A stretch of 64,000 nt of DNA from positions 202,491 to 266,490 of the IMG/VR virus record IMGVR_UViG_3300025930_000007; one strand, written 5' to 3'. Position numbers and translations under genes: made by a program. How positions within the stretch are numbered: the stretch's first letter is position 1; the number at the start of each line of letters is the position of its first letter. A model generated the notes under the pieces. The model ran no database searches. It saw nothing but the letters and a program-made list of their open reading frames with translations, and was not told where the DNA came from. Positions 18,027-27,187 of this stretch are shown piece by piece.

Positions 18027-18688
18027 TCTTCTTCGATCTTCAGAAACTTTTCACGAAACCATTCCCGATTCTCGCTGAATACCGGGGCCGTCTGAGCCTC
18101 CCCACGAACGACGACCGTGCCGCGAATCAATTTCTCCGGAAAGGATTGCAACGGCTTATCAGCCAATTCCAGCATGGCGATCATCAGATCCGAATTCTTG
18201 CCATGGAGCTGCTTTGGGCTGAAGACGGACTGCGCCGCCGAGGAGATCGCGTTCCGGCGGCAATCCTGCTGTCTCCAGATGAAGTAATTGATGATGTCGC
18301 GCTCCGGAATGGAACAAACCCGGCCGTCGAAATAGCCTGGAGAACCCCACCGCAGGCTGAATTCAGCACCCATGATTGAAGCCGATACGGAAGATATCTT
18401 CTGGACTACTCCGTCGAACCACTGCATGCTTTCGAACTTGTTGTAGTCGATGAAGAGTAGTGAGATTTCATCGGATTGCATGTAAGCCATGCGCGCCGGG
18501 ACCTCGTCCAGAAGAGCGATGACGGCGTCCTTCATGGCCGTGTTCAGCTTGACGTCGAAGGGCTTCTCGCACTTCCTAGTCAGGGTATGGAAGGCCTTCC
18601 CGTCCAGCCGGATCACTGCTGGCGTCCGGATCAGAAGCCTCTGCCGGAAGACTTCCTCGTACGCCTTCATCCGCTCGCCGAGGTCCAT
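18023..18688 (-). CDS. thg1: tRNA(His) guanylyltransferase Thg1-like protein (3'-5' polymerase)
   Basis: RMK.YE, IRLDGKAFH, QSDEISL, FDGR, YFIWRQQDC.RN. Confidence 0.92.
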   Translation of the reverse strand: MDLGERMKAYEEVFRQRLLIRTPAVIRLDGKAFHTLTRKCEKPFDVKLNTAMKDAVIALLDEVPARMAYMQSDEISLLFIDYNKFESMQWFDGVVQKISSVSASIMGAEFSLRWGSPGYFDGRVCSIPERDIINYFIWRQQDCRRNAISSAAQSVFSPKQLHGKNSDLMIAMLELADKPLQSFPEKLIRGTVVVRGEAQTAPVFSENREWFREKFLKIEEE

Positions 18689-18690
18689 GG

Positions 18691-18972
18691 CTATTCCCTA
18701 TCGCAGTTATGGCAAAGAAGCCCTGCATGGCTCACTTTATACAGGGGCGTCGTTACGTCCGAATCCTGGCGGCCGCAGAGTGAGCAGATCCGCGGAACTG
18801 AGGACAGATACTCTCCAGCCTCCTCGATCTTGATGGCTCGCTCCATCTGGGCGAGCTCCTTGCGGCGCTCGGTACGTCCGCAGGAATGACCGTCCTCACA
18901 GTCACATTCCACGCGCTCGATCCACCACCGCATCCATTCCGCGCCCTTCTTGGCCGCTTCGAGAAGCGTCAT
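18691..18972 (-). CDS. hypothetical Zn-finger protein
   Basis: ATGA overlap; CxxC pairs. Confidence 0.55.
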   Translation of the reverse strand: MTLLEAAKKGAEWMRWWIERVECDCEDGHSCGRTERRKELAQMERAIKIEEAGEYLSSVPRICSLCGRQDSDVTTPLYKVSHAGLLCHNCDRE

Positions 18973-19595
18973 ACCGCCTTCGTCTCCTTGCCCAAGAAGA
19001 GGCTGCAGGTCTTCTCGAACATGTCCTTGTTCGTGAAGAAGAACAGCTTGTTGCTGAGGTCCAACCAGCCCTGGACCCTTTTGCTCCATCCCTCCTTGGA
19101 ATCCTTTGGCTCAAGAAGAGCAGTCCGAAACATGGGGGCTTCCTTGAACCGACGATACTGTTCCTGGCTGATCAGCGACCGGATGAATTTCGTGGCCGGC
19201 GCATGGTGATCGGTCTTCGCAAGGAGATAGACGGGTTTCTTGACGCCCTTGACCGGCCTCTTGAAATGTCGCTCTTCCCATTTCTCGAAGGTCACATCCC
19301 CCATATCGATCTCGAAGTTCGAGGTCGAGAGATCGGCGAGTGAAATGACCATCGACTGAAGGGTCCTGGGAATCTCGCCGAACTCGAATTCTGCAGAACC
19401 CATGTAGTCGAACGTGAAGATCTCCTGAAGGAGATCCATGGCCTCCTTCGACAAGCCTCCGTCTCGGAAGCCGCAGCCGAACGCGAAGATGCGGGCACCG
19501 AGATCCCGGGCATCTTCCCAGGGCTTGTTGAGGCGCTGGATCAGCCAGGGCTCACGCCACTCGCCGATGGGACCTGCCTTTTCGCCGTAGCCCAT
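18969..19595 (-). CDS. hypothetical protein with DYMGSAEFEFG motif
   Basis: AGGAG RBS; conserved-looking phage motif. Confidence 0.75.
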   Translation of the reverse strand: MGYGEKAGPIGEWREPWLIQRLNKPWEDARDLGARIFAFGCGFRDGGLSKEAMDLLQEIFTFDYMGSAEFEFGEIPRTLQSMVISLADLSTSNFEIDMGDVTFEKWEERHFKRPVKGVKKPVYLLAKTDHHAPATKFIRSLISQEQYRRFKEAPMFRTALLEPKDSKEGWSKRVQGWLDLSNKLFFFTNKDMFEKTCSLFLGKETKAV

Positions 19596-19624
19596 ACCGA
19601 TGGAATCTCCTTCCTACCGGAACT

Positions 19625-19654
19625 AGGTATACCGGTATACCTCTCGAATTGCAA
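19625..19654 (-). promoter_or_regulatory. sigma70-like promoter overlapped by perfect 18-bp palindrome
   Basis: TTGCAA-17-TATACC; AGGTATACCGGTATACCT at 19625-19642. Confidence 0.7.
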
Positions 19655-19672
19655 TTGAAATCGGAGGGAGAT

Positions 19673-20491
19673 TTAGACGCCGAGTCTCCGCTTGAGGAAC
19701 TGGCGGTACTCTTTCTGAAGTGGGTCCAGATCAACGATATTCTTGAGAAGAATATCCTCGACAAGCTGCGGATGTTTCTTGAGAAGAAAGCTGACGATCG
19801 CCCAGGACGCCGCGTAGTACTGGGGCCATTTCATCCCGTAAAGGTCATCCCTAGTCGTCCTGATGACCTCGCTTATAGGGATATTGACTATTTCTTCTCC
19901 TCGCATTGCCGCATTCCAGTTCTTTCCTGTCGGCTTGAATCCTTTGTTGGTCCATTCGAGCCGGCTGAAATATTCAGCCATGCCCTCGGCGAACCAGACA
20001 GGATCGAGCACCCCATAGACGCGATGCATATAGGCATGGGTGAATTCATGAGCGTAGGTCTGTTCGAAGTCTTCCGCGTTTGCGGCCATCGAAAAATGAA
20101 CGACCAATTCGCCCTTGACTGGATCGTAGAATGAAAAAGCGTTGCCGGCTCCGCAGCGCCGTGCATAGGCGCAAAACTGAGCTCCATCTCTGAAGATCTT
20201 GATGGTGTAGATGTGCCGGCGGGGAGGCCCCCCGATTTCCCTCTGCAGCATCTCCTCGAGCTTCTCGGCCGTCACCGCAAGCGTCTTGAGCGCTTCGTCC
20301 GGAACGTCTCCCATGACCACCATGGTATCGGTGGCGATCTTTCGCCATTCCGGGTTGTCCATGGGGTAAAGGGCGTACCCGGAACTTCCTTCGTCGACGA
20401 TCTGCTGTGGAAGGCCGCTCAGCCTCGAGGGGATGCCCCAGATATGGAAACCGCCAGGAAGGATGATGAAATCCTGCTCTGTTTTGGGCAT
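19673..20491 (-). CDS. DUF1570-like zinc metallopeptidase
   Basis: AHEFTH (HExxH) + PVWFAEGMAEY. Confidence 0.75.
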   Translation of the reverse strand: MPKTEQDFIILPGGFHIWGIPSRLSGLPQQIVDEGSSGYALYPMDNPEWRKIATDTMVVMGDVPDEALKTLAVTAEKLEEMLQREIGGPPRRHIYTIKIFRDGAQFCAYARRCGAGNAFSFYDPVKGELVVHFSMAANAEDFEQTYAHEFTHAYMHRVYGVLDPVWFAEGMAEYFSRLEWTNKGFKPTGKNWNAAMRGEEIVNIPISEVIRTTRDDLYGMKWPQYYAASWAIVSFLLKKHPQLVEDILLKNIVDLDPLQKEYRQFLKRRLGV

Positions 20492-20504
20492 GCCAACCCG
20501 CGTC

Positions 20505-20783
20505 CTATACTCCGAGCGCTCTTAGCTGCGCGAGAGCGGAATTAAGGCAGCCTCTTACCCTCATCTGGCTGAACATTCCAGGGATCGTCAAGTAGTGCTC
20601 GCAGGCCGTAAGCGTGTCCTGGAGCTGCTTGGGTGCTCCCTCTGGAATACTGGACGCCCGAGCCTGATAGTCGGCGAGCTCAGGCATGTAGTCCTCGGGA
20701 TTCATTCCCTGGCCTTGACCGAGGAAGGGTGGCATGACCAGCCGGACCTGTCCGAGAAATGCTCTTCGATCCATCATAGACAA
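20505..20783 (-). CDS. orphan protein with tandem FLGQ motifs
   Basis: GGAGG RBS; AFLGQVR..PFLGQGQ. Confidence 0.7.
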   Translation of the reverse strand: MSMMDRRAFLGQVRLVMPPFLGQGQGMNPEDYMPELADYQARASSIPEGAPKQLQDTLTACEHYLTIPGMFSQMRVRGCLNSALAQLRALGV

Positions 20784-20799
20784 GCCTCCAAAGAGGCAT

Positions 20800-20863
20800 G
20801 TCCCTTTGGGGGAGGGAGGGACCGCCTATCTTGGACTATAACATCCTTGCATCCCCAGATCAA
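20800..20863 (-). promoter_or_regulatory. promoter + C-rich-loop leader hairpin
   Basis: TTGATC-17-TATAGT then GTCCCT-CCCTCCCCCAA-AGGGAC. Confidence 0.65.
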
Positions 20864-20869
20864 AAGACA

Positions 20870-21565
20870 TTACTTCTTGACCGGCTCGATCAGATAGGCC
20901 ACGGCATTGAAATCGCGGGCGAGCGAAGCCGCCACGATCTCCTGTCGGTCAGACGGGATGCCATCCACCTGGATGACCGTATCGAGTTCCATGCGGACAT
21001 TGTTATAGAACAGGGATCCACCATCGGAAATCTTGCCTTCGAACGCCTTGAACAGAGAGACCTTGATCGTGACTTTCTCCATTTTGACCGGCTTGAACTC
21101 CCAAGGGCTGACGATCCGCCCATGATCCGGACCGAGCACTTGCTTCATCCTGGTCCGAAGATCCTGCTCGTTGATCTTGAAGTCGGCCATCACCTGAAAG
21201 GCGATTCCCTCCCGTTCCTTAAACAGGCCCAGGAGTAGATGCTCCGTCCCGATCACGTCCACGCCGGCACGGCAGGTTTCCTCTTCCGTGAGCTGCAAGA
21301 CTTTCTTCGCCCGCGGGGACCAAGGGAGCTGTCCGAGCGTGCGGGTGGGCTCGGTACCCGGGGAGATCTTGGTATCGATCGCCTTCATCATGACCTCCCG
21401 GTCCACGCCGAGCAGCTTGAGCGTCTTTGCAGCAACTCCCCCGTTTTCATCGAGGATGCCTAACAGCATGTGCTCGGTACCGATGAAGTCCTGATTCAGA
21501 CGCTGAGCGTGCTGACGGGCAAGCGACATGACCTTCCGGGCCCGCTCAGTGAACTTTTCGAACAC
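20870..21565 (-). CDS. stand-alone ClpC N-terminal (Clp repeat) domain protein
   Basis: MFEKFTERARKVMSLA...IGTEHMLLGI and second GTEHLLLGL; no AAA+ module. Confidence 0.88.
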   Translation of the reverse strand: MFEKFTERARKVMSLARQHAQRLNQDFIGTEHMLLGILDENGGVAAKTLKLLGVDREVMMKAIDTKISPGTEPTRTLGQLPWSPRAKKVLQLTEEETCRAGVDVIGTEHLLLGLFKEREGIAFQVMADFKINEQDLRTRMKQVLGPDHGRIVSPWEFKPVKMEKVTIKVSLFKAFEGKISDGGSLFYNNVRMELDTVIQVDGIPSDRQEIVAASLARDFNAVAYLIEPVKK

Positions 21566-21788
21566 GCTTGATCTCCTTCCAATATGGATACGAACACCAG
21601 AAAACCGCCCACCAGGCCGCCAAGATCACGAGAACCTCCATAGCGGCGATCGGCACAAAGAGCCCAGGCGACTGATACCTTGAGCTGATTGCCCCGGCAT
21701 TGAGCCAGACCAGCATCTTGATCAACGGAATGCTGTAGAAGAGCCATGCTCCTATCACTGCCAGAGCCGTGACCTTCGCCGCCTTCAT
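21546..21788 (-). CDS. membrane protein
   Basis: two TM segments. Confidence 0.6.
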   Translation of the reverse strand: MKAAKVTALAVIGAWLFYSIPLIKMLVWLNAGAISSRYQSPGLFVPIAAMEVLVILAAWWAVFWCSYPYWKEIKRVRKVH

Positions 21789-21789
21789 G

Positions 21790-22230
21790 CTACTTACGAG
21801 GGAGAGGAGTCGTATTCATCTTCTCCGGACCGGCCTCCTGCATCACCTCGAGGAAAGGGTATTCCTTTCCCGAGAAGGCATATCCCATCAGAATATTGGG
21901 TAGCGACTGGTTGAGCGAATAGCTGAAGCCCTGCAGGCGGATGAACTCTTGGACTCCCTCCTTCTTGAAGCGCACGATCTTGGTGTTGATCACCACGGCG
22001 CCGGAAGGAATGCTGACCTGGTGCGGGATCGTGCTGAGATTCACGACTTCCACGAAGGGATTCGTAAAGTACCATCCCGGGTTGTCCTGAATGTCGACCT
22101 TCCCGTTCATGGAGTTGTAGGCCACGCCGATCTCGTTGATGTGGACGTGGTTCCAGCACAGGATATAGAACAGCAACAGGAAGACCGGCGGGACCGCCAC
22201 CGAGATCGCGATCTTCACCCATTTATGCAT
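21790..22230 (-). CDS. truncated SPFH/band-7-like membrane protein
   Basis: TM then V..NEIGV.YN...G...PGWY...PF. Confidence 0.6.
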   Translation of the reverse strand: MHKWVKIAISVAVPPVFLLLFYILCWNHVHINEIGVAYNSMNGKVDIQDNPGWYFTNPFVEVVNLSTIPHQVSIPSGAVVINTKIVRFKKEGVQEFIRLQGFSYSLNQSLPNILMGYAFSGKEYPFLEVMQEAGPEKMNTTPLPRK

Positions 22231-22765
22231 TTTTCGTTTCCTCAGGGGGTAGGACGAGTTTCATCTCACGATTGGGCGGAACGATGGGAGTCAAATGAAC
22301 TTGCGGTGGTACGGTCCTAGGATCCACTGACGAGTTCATCACCATCATATAAGACCCGGAATATCCAGTCGACCAGTACGAACTGGACATCATCAGTTTC
22401 TGGCCATTCAGGAAGTATTCCGGACGCCCACTGGAATCCGGGATCATCTTATGGTCATGCTTCTGGATCCGGTTGTCCCACCTCATTCCACAGAGAGCGC
22501 ACGTCTCAAAATACGCAAATTCTTCAGCGCAACCCTTACAGGAATGCCAAGTCTTGATGCCGTGCTTGCAGCGAACGGCGGCATCGTTGGCCTTCTGGGA
22601 AGACTTATTGTCCTGAATCTCCTTGATCCAGCCGGCGACCTGGGCGACGAGGATAACGCCTGCCCAGGCAAGCGAGGAGACCGGCTTGATGCCCCGATTC
22701 CAGTCGACCATCATGGCCACCAGCATCACTGGAATCGCTGCATACCAGAACACCAAGTATTTCAT
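22223..22765 (-). CDS. membrane protein with Cys/His motifs
   Basis: two TM, CKHG..C..C. Confidence 0.6.
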   Translation of the reverse strand: MKYLVFWYAAIPVMLVAMMVDWNRGIKPVSSLAWAGVILVAQVAGWIKEIQDNKSSQKANDAAVRCKHGIKTWHSCKGCAEEFAYFETCALCGMRWDNRIQKHDHKMIPDSSGRPEYFLNGQKLMMSSSYWSTGYSGSYMMVMNSSVDPRTVPPQVHLTPIVPPNREMKLVLPPEETKNA

Positions 22766-23772
22766 CCCTTGACCTCGTTCAATACGATTGCCTGACGCAT
22801 CCAGTGCCCATGGGTTTGGACGTGGTTCTTCCTAACGTATTTCGCAACAACATCCTTAAATTCCTTGTACTGGAAGGCCCGTGCGACGCGAACGACGTAA
22901 CCTTCGCAGGGATCTCCGTTGTATAGGTCGATCTCGATGGCCTTCGTCCAACTCTCGTCCCAGAGACCACGATGGAACACGGGCACCGTCTTCAGATCCA
23001 GGAGCGCGCACCAGCTCTCCGTCTCCTCCCAGGAGAGGCATTCGTTCTTCTCGTTCCAGATCGAGAAGACCAGGAAGTGCGCCGGCAGATTCAGGTAATG
23101 GATCGAATGCTTGGCGTAGAGGTTCTCGCCGCAGATCCTCCAACCAGGCGGAATATCATGTCCGATCCGGCGATGCAGGCCCCAGAGCCAGTCCCTGGAG
23201 GGATGCGGCGCCGTGTCGATCGAGCGGGCATGGAAACCATCCGGGTACATGGATGTCTGCTCCCCGTCCATCTTGATCGTGATCACGACCGCCTGGCCCT
23301 CCAGGCCGTGGAGCGATGGGATGATCTTGTCGTCGCTTGAGACGTTCGGGCTCCAGGGAAGGTGATGGGTCCGCTGGTATTTCACCCGATCCGTGAAGAG
23401 GTGCAGGACCGGCTTCAGGATCTTCTGGACGCTCTCGTCATGGAAGAGTTCGCCCTTCAGACGCTGGCCGTTCGGGAGGATCGGATTGCCCCACTTGTCC
23501 ACCGGCTGGTCCGAGTAGAAGTGAGGGGGCAGGAGAACCTCCTGGATCCCGCAGCGCTCCCGGAGCTCGTCGCACGAAAGCTCCGTGGACTCTGCCAGGA
23601 GATGATGGACCTCGCAGACGGAGGCCCCATTCGAGACGTAGTATCCCCCATCGGGCCACAGTCGGCGTTCGATGATGTGGTGAGCATCCTTCGCCGGCTG
23701 CCCGCAGACAACGCATTCCCAGCCGTCTCGCTTGAAGACGGCATTCCTGAACTCGTCTCTACTTAGCAACAT
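22762..23772 (-). CDS. HNH domain + ATP-dependent RNA ligase fusion
   Basis: VFKRDG..CVVC..AHHI..NG..VC..HH; KY.RT.HLPWS, KMDGE, CGEN, EGYVVR, KYVR. Confidence 0.88.
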   Translation of the reverse strand: MLLSRDEFRNAVFKRDGWECVVCGQPAKDAHHIIERRLWPDGGYYVSNGASVCEVHHLLAESTELSCDELRERCGIQEVLLPPHFYSDQPVDKWGNPILPNGQRLKGELFHDESVQKILKPVLHLFTDRVKYQRTHHLPWSPNVSSDDKIIPSLHGLEGQAVVITIKMDGEQTSMYPDGFHARSIDTAPHPSRDWLWGLHRRIGHDIPPGWRICGENLYAKHSIHYLNLPAHFLVFSIWNEKNECLSWEETESWCALLDLKTVPVFHRGLWDESWTKAIEIDLYNGDPCEGYVVRVARAFQYKEFKDVVAKYVRKNHVQTHGHWMRQAIVLNEVKG

Positions 23773-24307
23773 CTCTCACCGGCCAGACCTTGTACTCGGG
23801 ATGAGCCTTCTTGAAGGCCTCCGCACACGGAAGGCAGGGAAAATCCCAGAAGCCGTACTTCAGATCGCCACGACCGAACGTGACCGTCTCGTCATCGATC
23901 GACGTCGACGCGCTGCAATCCGCGCGGCCGCAGGCTTGCTTGGGCTTGGCTTTTTCTTCCATGACGTGCGTCCAGTTCATGTCGATGAATTCTTTCGGGA
24001 AGTAGGACGGGAAACAGACTGTCGACCGTCCATTCACAATCACCTTGACCGAATCATGTCCTTCTCGAAGCTTCAGGATCTCGTAGTCGATGTCGGTCCC
24101 GGCTTTCTTTTCGTCCTCGATCAGCTTCATCAGGTATTCGCGGCCCTCGCGCCAGGTCTTGAGATCCTCGGCCGCCTGGGCTGCCTTCCATCGCATGTAA
24201 TCAGGTGAATTCAGGTATTCGATGGCCAAGCGAGCCCACTCTTTGGTGGAGATCTCGCCTTTCATGCCCTTGGCGAAGCTTTCCGCGAATTCCTTCTTAC
24301 TGATCAT
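23759..24307 (-). CDS. hypothetical protein
   Basis: ST.ID..TFG.G.L..GFW..PC motif. Confidence 0.65.
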   Translation of the reverse strand: MISKKEFAESFAKGMKGEISTKEWARLAIEYLNSPDYMRWKAAQAAEDLKTWREGREYLMKLIEDEKKAGTDIDYEILKLREGHDSVKVIVNGRSTVCFPSYFPKEFIDMNWTHVMEEKAKPKQACGRADCSASTSIDDETVTFGRGDLKYGFWDFPCLPCAEAFKKAHPEYKVWPVRDVAK

Positions 24308-24607
24308 TTTGCCGCCACGCCCTCTTGGGCCGTGTCCTGTCCCTTCCGTGACTTGGCGACTTCGTTCTCCACCAGGGCCTTGATCCGAAGAAGGAGCTTC
24401 GTCTGCCAGTATTTCGGCTGGTAATCGAGGCCACCTTCCTTCATATCGGTCTCGACCATTCGAACGATGTCTTCAGCGGTCATTTCATCCCCTTCCTCTT
24501 TGGAAGCTTGTGCCCTATGGCCTTATCCCAGCACGGCGGACACATCGCATAGGTATATGGCCCGATCCACTTGCAGCGGCATTGGTGCTGGCGTCTCTTG
24601 AGTCCCA

Positions 24608-24928
24608 TCACTTTGCCGTGTCGTAGGTCACGTCCTCGAACCACTCCGAGAGCATGAAGGCGACCGCGGCCTCCTTGTGCTCATGCTTGGGAGCGAACGA
24701 CCGCATCACCGTCACGACCGCCGCAAGCGCCTTCTTGGTCTCGACGCCGGTCTTCGGAGTCCACTTCGCGTTCTTCATGCCCAGGAAGAACCAGTCCGAC
24801 ATCACCTTCTCCCATTTCCTCTTGTTCGGGAAGTCGTCGGGGATGTCCTTCATCTTCGGCATGATCTCAAGCGCCTTGTCTCCGCCGAAGACCTGGTCGA
24901 CCATGGTAACGTCCGGAATCATAAGCAT
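24608..24928 (-). CDS. hypothetical protein
   Basis: SF.PKHEHKEA.VAF motif. Confidence 0.7.
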   Translation of the reverse strand: MLMIPDVTMVDQVFGGDKALEIMPKMKDIPDDFPNKRKWEKVMSDWFFLGMKNAKWTPKTGVETKKALAAVVTVMRSFAPKHEHKEAAVAFMLSEWFEDVTYDTAK

Positions 24929-24929
24929 T

Positions 24930-25589
24930 TCAGTTCCCCTTCCTCTTGAAGATCCCCAGGCTGTCATGAATCCCATCCCAGACCGGGATCTGGACCTGTT
25001 TCACCATCTCCCAGGTCTTTTCGATCTCCGGATCATAGCCGGTGCAGCCGTCATCGATCTCGCCGACGTAGGCCACCGTATCGCCCTTGTAACCGTTGAA
25101 GATCTTCACGTTGTCCACGCTCGGCCAGATAACCAAGAGCGTCCGCTCATGGACGTCCTTCCTTCGGAAGATCTGTTGGTAGCTGACCGGCTCAATCTGG
25201 AAGAACGTTCCGACCGTGAACGGATATAAGCCCGAACCGTCATCACAGGCAATCACGTCGGCGCCGAGAAGCTGAAGGAGCTTGGACCAGTATCCCGTTC
25301 CGGCACCGATTTCGACGATGCCCTTTGGGGATACTTTCAGAATCTCCCGAAGGATCTTTTCCGTAGGCACTGCGAAGCCGTACTTCTCGATGCACTTCGT
25401 TCTCGCATGGAACTCGGAGAGGATCTTCTCGGAATAGTTCGGATCGTAGATATTGCGGCTATTGTGTCCGAGCCACCACTCCGATAGAAAGGGATTATGC
25501 TCCCGATCCCAAGTTGTCGGAGAAAAGGGCGTCGCCCACTTCTCGGCCCACTTCTCCATCCAGGCCTTATCTTTTTCTAGCATCGTCAC
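24930..25589 (-). CDS. class I SAM-dependent methyltransferase-like protein
   Basis: VEIGAGTGYW, LL.IWP, YVGE...GCTG. Confidence 0.75.
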   Translation of the reverse strand: MTMLEKDKAWMEKWAEKWATPFSPTTWDREHNPFLSEWWLGHNSRNIYDPNYSEKILSEFHARTKCIEKYGFAVPTEKILREILKVSPKGIVEIGAGTGYWSKLLQLLGADVIACDDGSGLYPFTVGTFFQIEPVSYQQIFRRKDVHERTLLVIWPSVDNVKIFNGYKGDTVAYVGEIDDGCTGYDPEIEKTWEMVKQVQIPVWDGIHDSLGIFKRKGN

Positions 25590-25596
25590 ACCGCCA

Positions 25597-25625
25597 ATGG
25601 TATTCTTGGTTTACCTCTTAGTCAA
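25597..25625 (-). promoter_or_regulatory. sigma70-like promoter with GGTAAACC half-site
   Basis: TTGACT-17-TACCAT. Confidence 0.55.
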
Positions 25626-25637
25626 GGAGATATCGAA

Positions 25638-25814
25638 ATGCGTTTCCTCCTGATTCTGCTCGCGGCTGCGGCCGTCTACCTGTCGATCCACATGCTCGGC
25701 AAGCACGGGATAGAACCCAGCTCCCAGGACTTCTGGGCTTGTCTGGTGCCGCCCGCCGCGGCCGGCGCTCTCGTCGTCCTGGCTCCCAAGCTCAAGAAGA
25801 AAGCGAAGGACTAA
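25638..25814 (+). CDS. small membrane protein (58 aa, not in ORF track)
   Basis: AAGGAG RBS; MRFLLILLAAAAVYL... Confidence 0.6.
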   Translation: MRFLLILLAAAAVYLSIHMLGKHGIEPSSQDFWACLVPPAAAGALVVLAPKLKKKAKD

Positions 25815-26011
25815 TGCCGAAGAAGTCTTCAAAAAAGCAAGAGGGCAAGGTCTCGGACGTCGAGATCTATGAGGAGGACGGCTGGTACGTCAAGTACACC
25901 GGGACTCACGGGAAGAAGAACATCATGAAGCTCGACGCCGTCACCTACAAGGATGCGAAGTTCGAAGCGTCCAGTCTCCTCGATGTGCCTGAGGACCAAA
26001 TCGAGAACTAA
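25814..26011 (+). CDS. hypothetical protein
   Basis: TAATG coupling; MPKKSSKK. Confidence 0.65.
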   Translation: MPKKSSKKQEGKVSDVEIYEEDGWYVKYTGTHGKKNIMKLDAVTYKDAKFEASSLLDVPEDQIEN

Positions 26012-26014
26012 GCC

Positions 26015-27187
26015 ATGCCTTACGTTTTAGCCGACGGGAGAGGCCAGAAGATCGGGCTCTATACCACCTGCCTGGATATCTCGTATGCCCAGGCCGAACT
26101 CCTTCTCATGGTCGAGAAGGCGAAACTCGATCATCCTGACGCGTTCATCGTAGGCTACGCAGATTCTCAGCTCCAGATCTCCGTCGAACGCTTCCTTGAG
26201 CCTCACAAGCAGTATCCCAAGGAACTGGAGAGAATCGAGGAACTCCGGTCCAAGATCAAGGCCAAGGGAATGCATTCCTTCACCGTCCGTCATTTCGACG
26301 ATGACTGGGAAACGTTCCTGAAGTCGAAGCCTCTCCTCCAGATCGGCCGCTGCATCGACAGCGTGGTCAATCAGATGGTGGATTTCAAGGCCAAGGGCAA
26401 AGACGAAGAAGTCGCCGAAATGGTCGAAGACATTTTCGCCAATCCCTTGCATGCCGGCATCCATCAGGACTTCCCACCTACCGTCTCCGACGAAATCTGG
26501 ATTGCGGATGCCGCCAAATCCATCCGCAGGATCACTCCGGAGAAGTGGCTGAGAAGACTCCTGCATGTTATGCGCTTCTATTTCAAAGGAAAGCCGAAGA
26601 TCGCCCTTCCCCATAAGAATGACCGCTGTCCTTGCGGCAGCAGCAAGAAATACGGCAAGTGCTGTGGTTACGGCGTCGAGCACGAGGACCCGGAAAACTG
26701 CAAACTCGGGATGCATCAGTTCACGATGTGGGAAGAAGTCGATGGCAAGTTCATCCGAACCTGCGAGAAGTGCTTCAGGGTCTACGAAGCTCCATGGTTT
26801 GAGGAAGTCGATTATGATGGAGTAGACATCCTGGTCATTGGCTGCCGGGCCTGCGCTGAAAAACCGACTGACGAAGACTTCGCTCGGGAAATGGAGGAAG
26901 CCCAGAAATGGCATATCTGCGGCTCATGCATGAAGCCATTCGGGCTAAGGCATATCATCCTCGAGCACACCTGGTCCGATGGAAAGCACATCGGCCATTG
27001 GAAAGGGACTGAGATCGATACCAAAGAGGAAGCCGTCGATCTTCAGTCGATCGGACTAGGAAAGGGAGTGTTCCTTCACAAGGAATGCTTCATGAAGGCA
27101 ATTCCAGGCTGGCCCAAATCGGCCAAGCCATCCGGCAGAGGACCGGCCAAGGAAATCATGCGGGATATTACGCCTACTGCGAGTTGA
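26015..27187 (+). CDS. SEC-C motif-containing multi-Zn protein
   Basis: NDRCPCGSSKKYGKCCG plus further CxxC. Confidence 0.75.
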   Translation: MPYVLADGRGQKIGLYTTCLDISYAQAELLLMVEKAKLDHPDAFIVGYADSQLQISVERFLEPHKQYPKELERIEELRSKIKAKGMHSFTVRHFDDDWETFLKSKPLLQIGRCIDSVVNQMVDFKAKGKDEEVAEMVEDIFANPLHAGIHQDFPPTVSDEIWIADAAKSIRRITPEKWLRRLLHVMRFYFKGKPKIALPHKNDRCPCGSSKKYGKCCGYGVEHEDPENCKLGMHQFTMWEEVDGKFIRTCEKCFRVYEAPWFEEVDYDGVDILVIGCRACAEKPTDEDFAREMEEAQKWHICGSCMKPFGLRHIILEHTWSDGKHIGHWKGTEIDTKEEAVDLQSIGLGKGVFLHKECFMKAIPGWPKSAKPSGRGPAKEIMRDITPTAS

